In this document: piece by piece, positions 1 through 8,952 of the stretch
Position numbering within the stretch: position 1 is the first letter of the stretch
How the letters are laid out: each line of letters starts with the position of its first letter
Origin: an uncultured Methanomicrobia archaeon
GTDB taxonomy: Archaea > Halobacteriota > Bog-38 > Methanoflorentales > Methanoflorentaceae
Length of the DNA stretch: 33,695 nucleotides
Assembly (NCBI GenBank): GCA_964534635.1
Contig: CAZHSW010000060.1
Span: 1 to 33,695, forward strand
Reading direction: 5' to 3'
Notes under the pieces: generated by a model
Seen by the model: the letters and a program-made list of their open reading frames with translations, nothing else
Told to the model about the DNA's origin: nothing
The model's database searches: none
Program-made: the position numbers and the translations under genes

Positions 1-1
1 C

Positions 2-271
2 ATCCAATCACTGTCGTGCGCGGAGACGGTGACCGTCGAAGACGGGACGCATATCAGAGTTCGCGCGTCAGGTGATGACGCGTGCGGCAGTATCGTTGAC
101 GCCGTGCGGTCACGTGGCGGCAAGATTCGCTCTGTGCACAACGTTGAGCCGACACTCGAGGACGTGTTCCTCTACCTCACTGGCCACGAGGTACGCGAAC
201 AGGTTGCCGACAAGGTGACCACTACCGCGCCTTCGAGACACGGCCCGAAGGTGCAAAACAGGGTACGATAG
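2..271 (+). CDS. ABC transporter ATP-binding protein, C-terminal fragment (5' end outside window)
   Basis: The frame is open from the window edge. The tail EPTLEDVFLYLTG is the conserved C-terminal signature of ABC-2/DrrA-type ATPases. The stop lies 11 nt before the permease gene. Confidence 0.6.
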   Translation: MQSLSCAETVTVEDGTHIRVRASGDDACGSIVDAVRSRGGKIRSVHNVEPTLEDVFLYLTGHEVREQVADKVTTTAPSRHGPKVQNRVR

Positions 272-282
272 GAAGGTGCAGA

Positions 283-1473
283 ATGGGAATCAGAAGCGGC
301 ATTCACGACAGTCTGTGGATTGCGCGGAAAGACCTGTTGGAGCTTTTCCGAAACCGTATGGGTCTAATAATGCTTATCCTCATGCCCCTATTCATGATGG
401 TCATGGTCGGCTACATCTTCCCGTCAAACAGTGGCATGTCGCACGTCCCGGTTGCACTTGCTAATCTTGACACTGCACAAGGCAATGCGTCTCTCAGCAC
501 GCAATTCGTCACGCAACTCGAAGCCGTAAACAACAAGACAGGAATGATGGATCTCTCCACGGTCAGCAGCGCCGATGACGTAAAGTCGAGCATTCAAAAC
601 GGGCAGCAGAGCGCGGGAATCATCATTGGGAGCAATTTCACGTCGAACCTGAAGTCAGGCAAACAAGCAGATGTTACTATCGTCATTGATCAATCGAACC
701 CTCAAACTGCGTCCCTCGTGCAAACGACGCTCACACAAGCCATTGGACAGCTGGGCACGCAGACGGCAACATATGGCTTAAATCAGACGTATAAAACCCC
801 CTTGAACTATTCGCTAGCGCGAGTAGCCCCCTACGACGTCAAGACGACAGGTATCGTTCCCGGACAACCCAACTATTTCCAGTTCGTTGCCCCGGGCATA
901 ATGGCGATGGTCGCCATGATGTCGCTTATGACAGGACTTCCGCACGCTATTTCCTACGAACGAGAGATCGGAACTCTCGACGGCATGCTCGCCGCCCCGG
1001 TACACCGGATGTCGATCCTGGCTGGCAAGGTCATCGCCCAGACAACACGCGGCATGCTCCAGGGAATCATCATTCTTGGCCTTTCGATTGGCCTCTTTGG
1101 GGTTGTCGTGCAAGGCAGCCTTGCTCTCGTTGTTGGGCTCTTGCTGCTCACTGTGTTCAGCATCGTCGGCTTAGGCATTCTCATCACTTCATTTACGAGT
1201 ACAGAAGAGACCGCCACAATGGCCATGATGACGATAACGTTCCCTATGATGTTCCTTAGCGGCGTGTTCTTCCCCCTGCAGCAGATGCCTGACTTTATGC
1301 AAGTTATCGCCAAGTTCCTTCCGCTCACCTACGCCGTCACCGCGTTGCGGCGCGTCGTGGTGCTCGGTGTGGGCATTCAGGCAATATCGACAGATATCAT
1401 TGTTCTGTTCGGTTTTGGCACCGTCTTGTTGTTCATCGCGCTCATGGTTTTTGAGCGGGCGATGAAACGATAA
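283..1473 (+). CDS. ABC-2 family transporter permease
   Basis: 396 aa. It has an N-terminal TM helix, a large hydrophilic loop (about residues 50-200) and a cluster of about 5 C-terminal TM helices, the typical ABC-2 exporter permease layout. It sits immediately downstream of the ATPase fragment. Confidence 0.75.
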   Translation: MGIRSGIHDSLWIARKDLLELFRNRMGLIMLILMPLFMMVMVGYIFPSNSGMSHVPVALANLDTAQGNASLSTQFVTQLEAVNNKTGMMDLSTVSSADDVKSSIQNGQQSAGIIIGSNFTSNLKSGKQADVTIVIDQSNPQTASLVQTTLTQAIGQLGTQTATYGLNQTYKTPLNYSLARVAPYDVKTTGIVPGQPNYFQFVAPGIMAMVAMMSLMTGLPHAISYEREIGTLDGMLAAPVHRMSILAGKVIAQTTRGMLQGIIILGLSIGLFGVVVQGSLALVVGLLLLTVFSIVGLGILITSFTSTEETATMAMMTITFPMMFLSGVFFPLQQMPDFMQVIAKFLPLTYAVTALRRVVVLGVGIQAISTDIIVLFGFGTVLLFIALMVFERAMKR

Positions 1474-1941
1474 CAACAGCGGCCGGACAAATGGGTGTCG
1501 ATTGACCCAATGTGTGACAAGAAAAAGTGGTCACGCGAGGTTAAATTCTCTACCGAACTGTCTTGGTTGGAAGGGACAGAACGATGCCAACCCAAAGTAC
1601 GGGATTTTACTACGGGCGTCTTGTACAACAGTTGAACGAACTCAAAGCCCACGAATGTAGATGGTGCGACAAGTGCTTAAGCTGCGCTGTTAGCCTAGTA
1701 CTCCATCCAAACGAGCCTAACGGTTGCGCGCGCCGAAACGCGACGCTATCGCAGCACGTCTCGTAGCTCCTCAAGTTTTCGTAGCACGCCGGCAAAGGCC
1801 CAGTGGCGCCGCAGCGTTGCTTGTTGTCATATAGACTTAGAATAGCGAATAAATCGCAGACTTTGAATTTGAAATCGTGATCTGCCTAACTAGCGAAATG
1901 ATGCCCGCTATTTGCGACGGCAAAAAGAGTCTCGATAATTT

Positions 1942-2577
1942 TTAGAACTGACGCCTAAGGCGTAGCGCAGCGAATATTACAGCAAGGCTTCCCAAGGCAT
2001 ATAATGCTTCAAAGCCAGGAAGCGTATTCCGGCTGCGCGCCAATAAATTACCACCGGTCGCACTTGGCGTAGCAGTCGAGGGTATAGCAGACGCTGATCG
2101 AGATGCTGCCGCACCAGCGGTGTCTGCGGCGACTCTTGTTACTGTGATGGCATCAACGGCCTTTGCTCCGGGAGGCAGCTTTGCCATTCCAGTTTGCGAA
2201 GCTGCATCTATGCTTAGTGAACTAGCAGCGCTTGAATTAGCGGCTATGGCATAGATTTGGAAGGTCTTCTCAACGGCAAATACATTGGCTAAGGAAAGGC
2301 GCGTTGACCAAGTTGTGTCGTTTTGCACTCGTACCGGAGACGCAGGCGGATAATACCTGCCTGCCGTAGGGTCATACGGTACTATCCAAAGCGAGTACCC
2401 TTTTAAAAGCTGTGCTCTACCGCTCACAGGCTCAGTCGGTCCTGCAGTGCCGTTCCTCGGGGGCGCGTCGATTTTGACTACGTTTCCAGGGTTGCTCGCG
2501 GCATTAGCGATGGTAAAATTTGACATAAGCAAAAATACCGCTACTAACGACATAACGGCCCATCTCAGCGCGCTCAT
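1942..2577 (-). CDS. Secreted surface protein with C-terminal PGF-CTERM sorting signal, domain of unknown function
   Basis: N-terminal signal peptide (ALRWAVMSLVAVFLLMSNFTIANA). Sequons NFT, NGT, NDT and NSS are present. A Ser/Thr/Ala-rich linker is followed by LPGFEALYALGSLAVIFAALRLRRQF, i.e. PGF + TM helix + basic tail. I placed the start at ATG 2577; the ORF track extends it to GTG 2592. Confidence 0.6.
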   Translation of the reverse strand: MSALRWAVMSLVAVFLLMSNFTIANAASNPGNVVKIDAPPRNGTAGPTEPVSGRAQLLKGYSLWIVPYDPTAGRYYPPASPVRVQNDTTWSTRLSLANVFAVEKTFQIYAIAANSSAASSLSIDAASQTGMAKLPPGAKAVDAITVTRVAADTAGAAASRSASAIPSTATPSATGGNLLARSRNTLPGFEALYALGSLAVIFAALRLRRQF

Positions 2578-2599
2578 ATAATTAGTCTTCACATGTTAG

Positions 2600-2630
2600 T
2601 AATTGATTATCATATAAGCCTTGTCAATTA
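2600..2630. promoter_or_regulatory. Perfect 7-bp inverted repeat (TAATTGA / TCAATTA) bracketing a TATA-like box upstream of the PGF-CTERM gene
   Basis: TAATTGA at 2600-2606 and TCAATTA at 2624-2630. The 17-nt spacer contains CTTATATG (reverse strand, 2611-2618), 34-41 nt upstream of ATG 2577. Confidence 0.3.
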
Positions 2631-2888
2631 GTGCTTAGCCCGTTAAGCCGATTTCTAGGTAGCGCGTCGAAGTCCTGTAAAAAAGTGGTGATCCTAGGAA
2701 GGCTGCTACGCTTGGTGGCCGCGCGCAGTTAACTATAATAGAGATGGTTCTGACTATTGACTCGCTAATAAACGGCCTGCGAACGATCGGTTCCGTGCAA
2801 CCAACCGGCGAGATATCTCAGTCATCAAAGTGCTTCGGGTCCGCTAAAGACGATCGCCTGGTAAAGCGCAACTCAATTTCATTCAAGT

Positions 2889-4298
2889 ATGATCGAGCAA
2901 AGGACTGACGTAGTTATAGGACTCGAGGTGCACGTCCAGCTGACGACGCAATCAAAGCTTTTTTGTGGATGTTCAACACGTTACCAAGACTCAGAACCAA
3001 ATACTCACACGTGCCCGATTTGTCTCGGTCTCCCCGGAAGCTTGCCCGTCATCAATGAGATGGCAATTGTTTATGCCGAGCGCGTTGCAAGAGCGCTCAA
3101 TTGTTCGATCCAGCCGACGCAATTCTACAGGAAGAACTATTACTACCCAGATCTACCAAAGGGCTTCCAAATCAGCCAATATGACTTTCCACTTGCCATA
3201 AACGGACACATGACAGTAGACACGGACGGGCACGAGCGGACGATACATATCAGACGGGTTCATTTAGAAGAAGATCCAGGGAAACTTACATACCGGGGGC
3301 CCATCGAGAAAGCACAGTACTCGCTCATTGATTACAACCGGTCGGGCGTGCCGCTCCTCGAAGTGGTAACGGAACCAGACCTTCGAACTCCCAAGGAGGC
3401 GAGGCGCTTTCTCAATAAGTTGCGAAACATCCTGGAGTACCTCAACGTCTTCGACGGCAATCTTGAAGGATCTCTGAGAGTCGACGCAAACGTCTCGGTT
3501 GCTGGCGGACAACGTGCTGAAGTCAAAAACATTTCGTCCTACAAAGGCGTCGAAAAAGCACTCCTCTTTGAAATAACCCGCCAAAGAAACTTGCTGCGCA
3601 GAGGCATCCACATCGCGCAAGAGACGCGACACTTCGACGAGTCGCGCGGTATCACGATCTCATTGCGCTCGAAGGAGCAAGAGCAAGATTATAGGTACTT
3701 TCCGGAACCCGACCTCGCTCAGGTCGACCCCGAACTTCTCGTCAAACAATTCCCCCGACAAGCAGAAATAGAGCTGCCTGACGCGAAGCGCCGCCGGTTT
3801 GCTGAGCAATACCACATTTCAGACTATCTGGCTAAAGTACTCACCGCGTCAAAACCACTCGCCGATTACTACGAAATGGTAGCAGCGGCTGTAGACCCGT
3901 CGGCAGCCGCAAGCTGGGCGGTCGACGTGCTCCAAGGCGAGCTTAACTATCGCGGGCTTGAACTCAGCGCATTTAGTCCGGATTACCTGATCGACGTAAT
4001 CAAGAGAGTTACCGACGGAACGATTACCGAAAAAGCAGCGGTCGAGGTCATAAGGACTGTCCTCGACCGCGGTGGCAGTCCTTGCGAGATCATAGAGCGG
4101 CAAGCGCTTCACGCAGTGCCGGCAGAGGAAATTAACACAGCCGTTAGACAAGCAATCGAGGAGAATCCTCAGGCGGTTGCGGACTTTCATCGCGGCAGGA
4201 AAGGGGCACTCAACTTCCTCGTCGGCCAAGTGATGAAGAAGACGCGAGGAAGGGCTGATCCTTCAGTGACTAACCGCCTTATCCGGGAGCAGCTTTAA
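2889..4298 (+). CDS. gatB: Asp/Glu-tRNA(Asn/Gln) amidotransferase subunit B
   Basis: N-terminal GLEVHVQL and [12 protein letters not shown] motifs. C-terminal GatB/YqeY tail [20 protein letters not shown]. The 469 aa length fits GatB rather than the longer GatE. Confidence 0.9.
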   Translation: MIEQRTDVVIGLEVHVQLTTQSKLFCGCSTRYQDSEPNTHTCPICLGLPGSLPVINEMAIVYAERVARALNCSIQPTQFYRKNYYYPDLPKGFQISQYDFPLAINGHMTVDTDGHERTIHIRRVHLEEDPGKLTYRGPIEKAQYSLIDYNRSGVPLLEVVTEPDLRTPKEARRFLNKLRNILEYLNVFDGNLEGSLRVDANVSVAGGQRAEVKNISSYKGVEKALLFEITRQRNLLRRGIHIAQETRHFDESRGITISLRSKEQEQDYRYFPEPDLAQVDPELLVKQFPRQAEIELPDAKRRRFAEQYHISDYLAKVLTASKPLADYYEMVAAAVDPSAAASWAVDVLQGELNYRGLELSAFSPDYLIDVIKRVTDGTITEKAAVEVIRTVLDRGGSPCEIIERQALHAVPAEEINTAVRQAIEENPQAVADFHRGRKGALNFLVGQVMKKTRGRADPSVTNRLIREQL

Positions 4299-6304
4299 TG
4301 CATCTCGTAGTCACGGAGAAGGATCTCGCAGCGAAGCGAATAGCCGAGATTCTCTCGGACGGAACCGCGGCGCCAACGAAAGTCGCTAGTGCCAGCGCCT
4401 ACCGTTTTAACAGCACTGTGGTGCTCGGCCTCAGAGGCCACGTCGTCAAACTCGACTTTCCTGAAGCTTACCGGGACTGGAAGGTTAACTTTCACGACCT
4501 GATACGCGCCGACCTCGTCACGGTTCCCACCCACAAAGCGATAGTACTCGGGCTCAAACGGGCCGCAAAAGATGCCGACCGAGTAACCATTGCGACAGAC
4601 TTTGATACGGAAGGCGAGCTTATCGGTCTGGAAGCGTGTTCCATCGTCAAGTCCGTAAAGGATGTGAAAGTGGAACGGGTACGATTCAGCGCGATGACGC
4701 CGATGGAGGTCAAACGTGCCTTCCGATCTCCTACGCAAATCGATCTTAATCTCGCCCGTTCCGGAGAAGCGAGACAAGCTGTGGACCTAATCTGGGGCGC
4801 CACGCTCACGCGCTTCATATCAACGGCTGCCAATCGACTGGGAGATCGCTTTTTATCTGCCGGACGAGTGCAAAGCCCAACGCTTGCGTTGATCGTCGAT
4901 CGCGAGCGTGAAATCGCACAATTTGTGCCGGAGCCTTACTGGGAAGTATTTGCCGACATCCGCATTGGGAGTGAAACGTTTCAAGCAAAACACCAAACCG
5001 ACCGGTTTCAAGATAAAGCAAGCGCAATGTCTGCGGCTCAAAAAATTGATGCAACGGCGACAGTCGTTAGGTTTGTAAAATCTGCACGAGTGGATGCCCC
5101 TCCACCGCCCTTCAACACAACAGAGTTTCTCGCGGCCGCAAGCGCGCTCGGCATATCAGCTAGCCGCGTCATGGAGATCGCAGAGCGGCTTTATACGGCA
5201 GGATGGATAAGCTACCCCCGCACTGATAACACCGTTTTTCCAAACGAGCTGGATCTCCGCCTTATCGTTAGCATGTTCAAGAGCGGCCCCTTCGCCGCCA
5301 ACGCTCAGTCACTGCTACAGAAAGGATCATTGGTTCCCACGAGAGGCAAAAAGCAAACGACCGATCATCCGCCAATCTATCCGACGGCGCGCGCAACCCC
5401 GACAGACCTTGAGCCACGAAGTTGGAAGATCTACGAACTCGTCGTGCGGCGATTTTTTGCCACGCTCTCGGATCCCGCTCGGTGGTGCACCAAGAAGGCA
5501 GACCTAGAATCCAGTGGTGAGCCACTGAAAGCGACAGGACTTGAGTTATCGGAGCCAGGCTGGCGCTACCACTATGCTTACGCCCACATCCAAGAGCGGC
5601 GATTACCCGACCTACACGTCGGTGCAGTTCTCGCTGTCACCGACAAAAAGGTCCTTGAAAAGGAGACCCAACCACCACAGCGATGGGGGCAAGGCGCCCT
5701 CATCAAAAAGATGGAACAGCTCGGTTTAGGAACGAAAAGCACACGGCACGAGATCGTGCAGAAACTGGCCCAGCGCGGCTATATCGACCTCAGCCCTCTG
5801 CGCCCTACAGGGATCGCGTGTAGCGTCACCGAATCACTTGAACGGTACGCGCCAACCATCGCCAATCCTGACATGACGCGTCTTCTGGAGGAGGAGATGG
5901 AGAAGATTAGCAGCGGCGCACTTGCAAAGGAGGTGGTGGTAATCAACTCGAGGGATATTCTCGAACAAGTGCTCGACAGACTCGACGAGAGACGCGAGGA
6001 GATACGCGCGTCGCTCCAGGCAAGCCTCCGTAGGGATGCAACCGTTGGCACGTGCCCTGAGTGCGGCTCCGGTCTCATCGTGCGCCGCTCGAAGCGTGGC
6101 GGACGGTTTGTGGGATGTTCAGGCTACCCCAACTGCGCCTTCGGACTTCCCCTTCCTAAGTCAGGGAGGCTGCGCGTTACCGCCCGAAAGTGCAAACACC
6201 ACGATATGCGTCTTTTGAAAGTGCAGACTGGCACGCGACTGTGGGACCTCGGATGTCCCCAGTGCAACTACACAAGCTGGAGAGAGAAGAACAAAGAAGG
6301 ATAA
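4298..6304 (+). CDS. topA: DNA topoisomerase I (type IA)
   Basis: Toprim N-terminus (MHLVVTEK..., acidic cluster TDFDTEGE). Active-site Tyr context WISYPRTDN. C-terminal zinc ribbons CPECG...CSGYPNC and C...CPQC. The ATG overlaps the gatB stop (TAATG). Confidence 0.9.
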   Translation: MHLVVTEKDLAAKRIAEILSDGTAAPTKVASASAYRFNSTVVLGLRGHVVKLDFPEAYRDWKVNFHDLIRADLVTVPTHKAIVLGLKRAAKDADRVTIATDFDTEGELIGLEACSIVKSVKDVKVERVRFSAMTPMEVKRAFRSPTQIDLNLARSGEARQAVDLIWGATLTRFISTAANRLGDRFLSAGRVQSPTLALIVDREREIAQFVPEPYWEVFADIRIGSETFQAKHQTDRFQDKASAMSAAQKIDATATVVRFVKSARVDAPPPPFNTTEFLAAASALGISASRVMEIAERLYTAGWISYPRTDNTVFPNELDLRLIVSMFKSGPFAANAQSLLQKGSLVPTRGKKQTTDHPPIYPTARATPTDLEPRSWKIYELVVRRFFATLSDPARWCTKKADLESSGEPLKATGLELSEPGWRYHYAYAHIQERRLPDLHVGAVLAVTDKKVLEKETQPPQRWGQGALIKKMEQLGLGTKSTRHEIVQKLAQRGYIDLSPLRPTGIACSVTESLERYAPTIANPDMTRLLEEEMEKISSGALAKEVVVINSRDILEQVLDRLDERREEIRASLQASLRRDATVGTCPECGSGLIVRRSKRGGRFVGCSGYPNCAFGLPLPKSGRLRVTARKCKHHDMRLLKVQTGTRLWDLGCPQCNYTSWREKNKEG

Positions 6305-6335
6305 CCCGATGGCAACTTTGGATCCGCTGCCCGAT

Positions 6336-7079
6336 TCACTGGTTTATTGAACGCACAAAACCTGCGATTTTAGTTTTGATGTCTGTGTTTTCTTCGATTG
6401 CCGTGCCCGTGACTATAACATCCGCCCCAGCCTTGGCGAGCAAGGCAGCTTGTTCATCGGTTCGTATCCCGCCACCGACAATGAGGTTCGTATCCTCTAT
6501 CGCCTCTTTCACAGTTCTCACCATCTCAGGCGGAACCGTTTCAGAGACGCCAGAGCCTGCCTCGAGATAAATCCACCGCATGCCCATATATTTTCCAGCG
6601 AGCGCGTACGCAGCTGCAATCTCCGGCTTGTTCCGAGGAATAAGCCGCGCATCGCCAATCCAGCCTACAGTCCCCCCTGGTTCAACGATGATGTATGCGA
6701 CGGGGATGGGTTCGACTCTGTAACTCCTGATAAAAACAGCCCCTAGCGCTTGATTTGCGCTTAGATACGCCACGCTTCTCGAATTCAACAGGCTCAAGAA
6801 GAAGATCGCGTCGGCGGCGACGCAGGCCGAACCGACGTCTGATGGAAAGATAATAATCGGGGCTTCTGTGCTGCCCTTTATCTCGCGCACAGTGAACTCA
6901 AGCCCGCGGCCGCCGACACCGACCGAGCCGCCGACAAGAATCGCGGTCGTGCCCCCTTCTGTGGCGCCCTGCGCAATACGCGCAGCTTCTCCTGGCGACT
7001 GAGAGTCGGGGTCAATGAGCGTCAGGTGTATCGTTCCGTTCTTGCCGATCGCCGCCTCGAGCTGCTCCTCAATTGTCAA
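6336..7079 (-). CDS. Geranylgeranylglyceryl phosphate synthase (PcrB/GGGPS family)
   Basis: 247 aa. Contains IHLTLIDPD, a GGS block and the C-terminal GGGIRT...GADVIVTGTAIEE phosphate-binding segment typical of GGGPS. TTG start is preceded by GAGGT 8 nt upstream. Confidence 0.85.
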   Translation of the reverse strand: MTIEEQLEAAIGKNGTIHLTLIDPDSQSPGEAARIAQGATEGGTTAILVGGSVGVGGRGLEFTVREIKGSTEAPIIIFPSDVGSACVAADAIFFLSLLNSRSVAYLSANQALGAVFIRSYRVEPIPVAYIIVEPGGTVGWIGDARLIPRNKPEIAAAYALAGKYMGMRWIYLEAGSGVSETVPPEMVRTVKEAIEDTNLIVGGGIRTDEQAALLAKAGADVIVTGTAIEENTDIKTKIAGFVRSINQ

Positions 7080-7325
7080 TCGGTTAACCTCGTCGCTCCT
7101 TAGATTTGACCCGTAGATGTTTATAACCGCATTTCCTGCATCGCGTCGCTTTGGGTGGGTTGCGCGCGTTGCATCGCATGCAGATCTTGATGTTCAACAG
7201 CCTTTTTTCGGCCTCTGGAAAACGTGCCATCAGATGTACCTCTCGTGTCGGTAGCAAACATACGCCTTACCACATTTAATCTTTCTGTTCGCCGGAACCG
7301 GAAAAAACGTGAAATAGCGAGCGTT

Positions 7326-7826
7326 TTAGCCTCGCTGGTAGACGTGTTCGCAAGCAAGCACCGCAGCTACTGTTTCCGCCGCTGCGTAGTCGTTCAGGGG
7401 AGCAGCGTTTAGCATTAGAAATACTGGGCCCCATTTAAACTTGTCCAGAAGCGTCCTTGCGCGCTGTTGCTCTCCAAGAATGTAGAGCGCGGCCGCGAAC
7501 GCCTCTGCGGTTGTGAGCTCGCTGGGCCGCCCATAGTTTATGGGATTTGCTGCTATGAGGTACGGAAGCCGCCTTTTGCTGCGCGCGCGTAACGATTGGA
7601 ATACGCGTTCAGTTTGATTCCACGAGCAGTCAACTGCGACTAGTGTGGTCACGTCATCCGCGCGGCACAATGGGGCAGGAGCTGACGGGTCGAGCAAGAT
7701 GGCATGGGACGTCGAGCGAGGCGGACCGTACAAAAGGCTTACGAGATGAAACTTGGCTAGTTTCTTCGCCGTGCACTTCTTAGGGTGACATTGCCCGGTG
7801 TGAAGTACCCACAGTCGCATGCTCAT
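7326..7826 (-). CDS. tsr3: 16S rRNA aminocarboxypropyltransferase Tsr3 (DUF367)
   Basis: N-terminal HTGQCHPKKCTAKKLAKF motif and an internal DCSW motif characteristic of Tsr3. A second in-frame ATG at 7820 (MRLWVLH...) may be the true, possibly leaderless, start. A TTTAAAAG box lies at 7843-7850. Confidence 0.75.
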   Translation of the reverse strand: MSMRLWVLHTGQCHPKKCTAKKLAKFHLVSLLYGPPRSTSHAILLDPSAPAPLCRADDVTTLVAVDCSWNQTERVFQSLRARSKRRLPYLIAANPINYGRPSELTTAEAFAAALYILGEQQRARTLLDKFKWGPVFLMLNAAPLNDYAAAETVAAVLACEHVYQRG

Positions 7827-7952
7827 TTTCGGACGGCTTACTTTTAAAGAACGATCTTATTACAGGGTCTGGCGAATCCACAGCGCTCAAAACATAGAGA
7901 CCTAGACCGCGTCTGATCCGCCCTAGCATATAAGAACAAAAAACGAGTGTCC

Positions 7953-7979
7953 AAAAAAGCTCACTAAATGGGCTTTTTT
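7953..7979 (-). terminator. Hairpin plus oligo-T tract downstream of the MTH865-like gene
   Basis: AAAAAAGC (7953-7960) pairs with GCTTTTTT (7972-7979) around an 11-nt loop. On the reverse strand this reads hairpin then T6, about 33 nt after the stop at 8012. Oligo-T tracts act as archaeal terminators. Confidence 0.35.
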
Positions 7980-8011
7980 GAACGCAAGGGCTCTTTCAAA
8001 AATATACGTAG

Positions 8012-8314
8012 CTACATCGTGCAGGAGGATGCGAGCTTATCCGCGACGTCGCCTGCGCTGTTAATTGGGAACTCGTCCGCTTTCATCTTGGAAATATAAT
8101 CGTGAAGCTCAATTTTCTGGCCTTTCATAGAGCATTGCATGACCGTCCCCTTGGGAAACACGGTCATTAATTGCTCGCGACTCTTTATGGGAAAGGCGAC
8201 CTGGGCTTTCTTGAGCTCGAACACGATTTCGGCTTTAAAATTCTGAATCTCAGAGAGAGCCGGGTCGATACCATAGTCCTCAAATACAGGTTTCTTAGAG
8301 GGTTGTTCCGCCAT
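8012..8314 (-). CDS. MTH865-like small protein
   Basis: Duplicated FPI motif pattern (FPIKSREQL...FPKG...C...DEFPINSAGDVADKL). From memory this resembles the M. thermautotrophicus MTH865 family. No search was run. Confidence 0.45.
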   Translation of the reverse strand: MAEQPSKKPVFEDYGIDPALSEIQNFKAEIVFELKKAQVAFPIKSREQLMTVFPKGTVMQCSMKGQKIELHDYISKMKADEFPINSAGDVADKLASSCTM

Positions 8315-8422
8315 TATTATCGCCTCAATACAATCTATAAGCTCTATCGATATCTACACATCAAGCGATGTCGGTATATGGTTACACGGTAAATACTTAA
8401 TAGTTTTGGCAAAAGAGCAATT

Positions 8423-8471
8423 GAGCCCGAGATTCGGCTTCGTCCTCAGGCACGGCGAATCACTGGGGCTC
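8423..8471. other. Extended imperfect hairpin between the CBS gene and the MTH865-like gene
   Basis: The outer stem is GAGCCC (8423-8428) with GGGCTC (8466-8471). The inner stem is GATTCG (8431-8436) with CGAATC (8456-8461). The loop contains CCTCAGG. Confidence 0.4.
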
Positions 8472-8529
8472 GTTATCTGAACTACGCATTGCACCTCACG
8501 GGCGCACGCTTTTTGAAGCCCACGGCAAC

Positions 8530-8952
8530 TTATTCAAATTCGCTGTAGACCTGCTCCATCAAACTTGGCAGCCCGCCGAGGACGTCTCGATAAGAGACTA
8601 TGCCGAGTATCTCTTGTCCATTGAACACCGCTAGATGATGCACCCCGCCTTTGCGAAACATCTTGGCGGCATACAAGATGGGCATACCGGGAGACACGAT
8701 AAAGAGCGGCTTGTTCGCTGCTTCACCGACCGTCACTTTGCCGATATCGACCTCATCAGCAAACAGATCGACGACGTCTTTTTGCGTGATAATGCCGAAA
8801 GGCTCGTCTTTTTCAAGAGCCGACACGATGAGCGCATCCGTTCCTAACTCAACCATGCGATTCGCCGCGTCTAGAAGAGAGAGGCTCGGATCGATCGTAA
8901 CCACGTCGCGTTTAATCACGTCCCTAACTTTGAGTCGTTTCACGATACTCAC
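8530..8952 (-). CDS. CBS domain pair protein
   Basis: 140 aa with two CBS-like repeats (VRDVIKRDVVTIDPSLSLLDAANRM... and ...ILYAAKMFRKGGVHHLAVFNGQEILGIVSYRDVL). Confidence 0.8.
   Translation of the reverse strand: MSIVKRLKVRDVIKRDVVTIDPSLSLLDAANRMVELGTDALIVSALEKDEPFGIITQKDVVDLFADEVDIGKVTVGEAANKPLFIVSPGMPILYAAKMFRKGGVHHLAVFNGQEILGIVSYRDVLGGLPSLMEQVYSEFE

Noticed and set aside
1474-1941. SRP (7S) RNA, RNase P RNA, tRNA or C/D box sRNA in the large intergenic gap
   Set aside because: I looked on both strands for the helix-8 GGAA/AGCA signature, the GAGGAAAGUCC and ACAGAA..GGCUUA P4 elements, T-loop GTTCGAAT-type motifs and RUGAUGA/CUGA boxes. I found only weak partial resemblances. It is kept as an unexplained region, not as a named RNA.
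6190-6746. + strand ORFs of 126 aa and 98 aa overlapping the GGGPS locus
   Set aside because: They are antisense to a well-supported GGGP synthase gene and have no recognisable motifs. The first also overlaps the topA 3' end.
7121-7357. 78-aa reverse-strand ORF between GGGPS and tsr3
   Set aside because: It overlaps the tsr3 3' end, has a low-complexity Arg/Thr/Ser-rich sequence and no start context. The region is better explained as the tsr3 terminator (T6 at 7302-7307) plus the GGGPS promoter.
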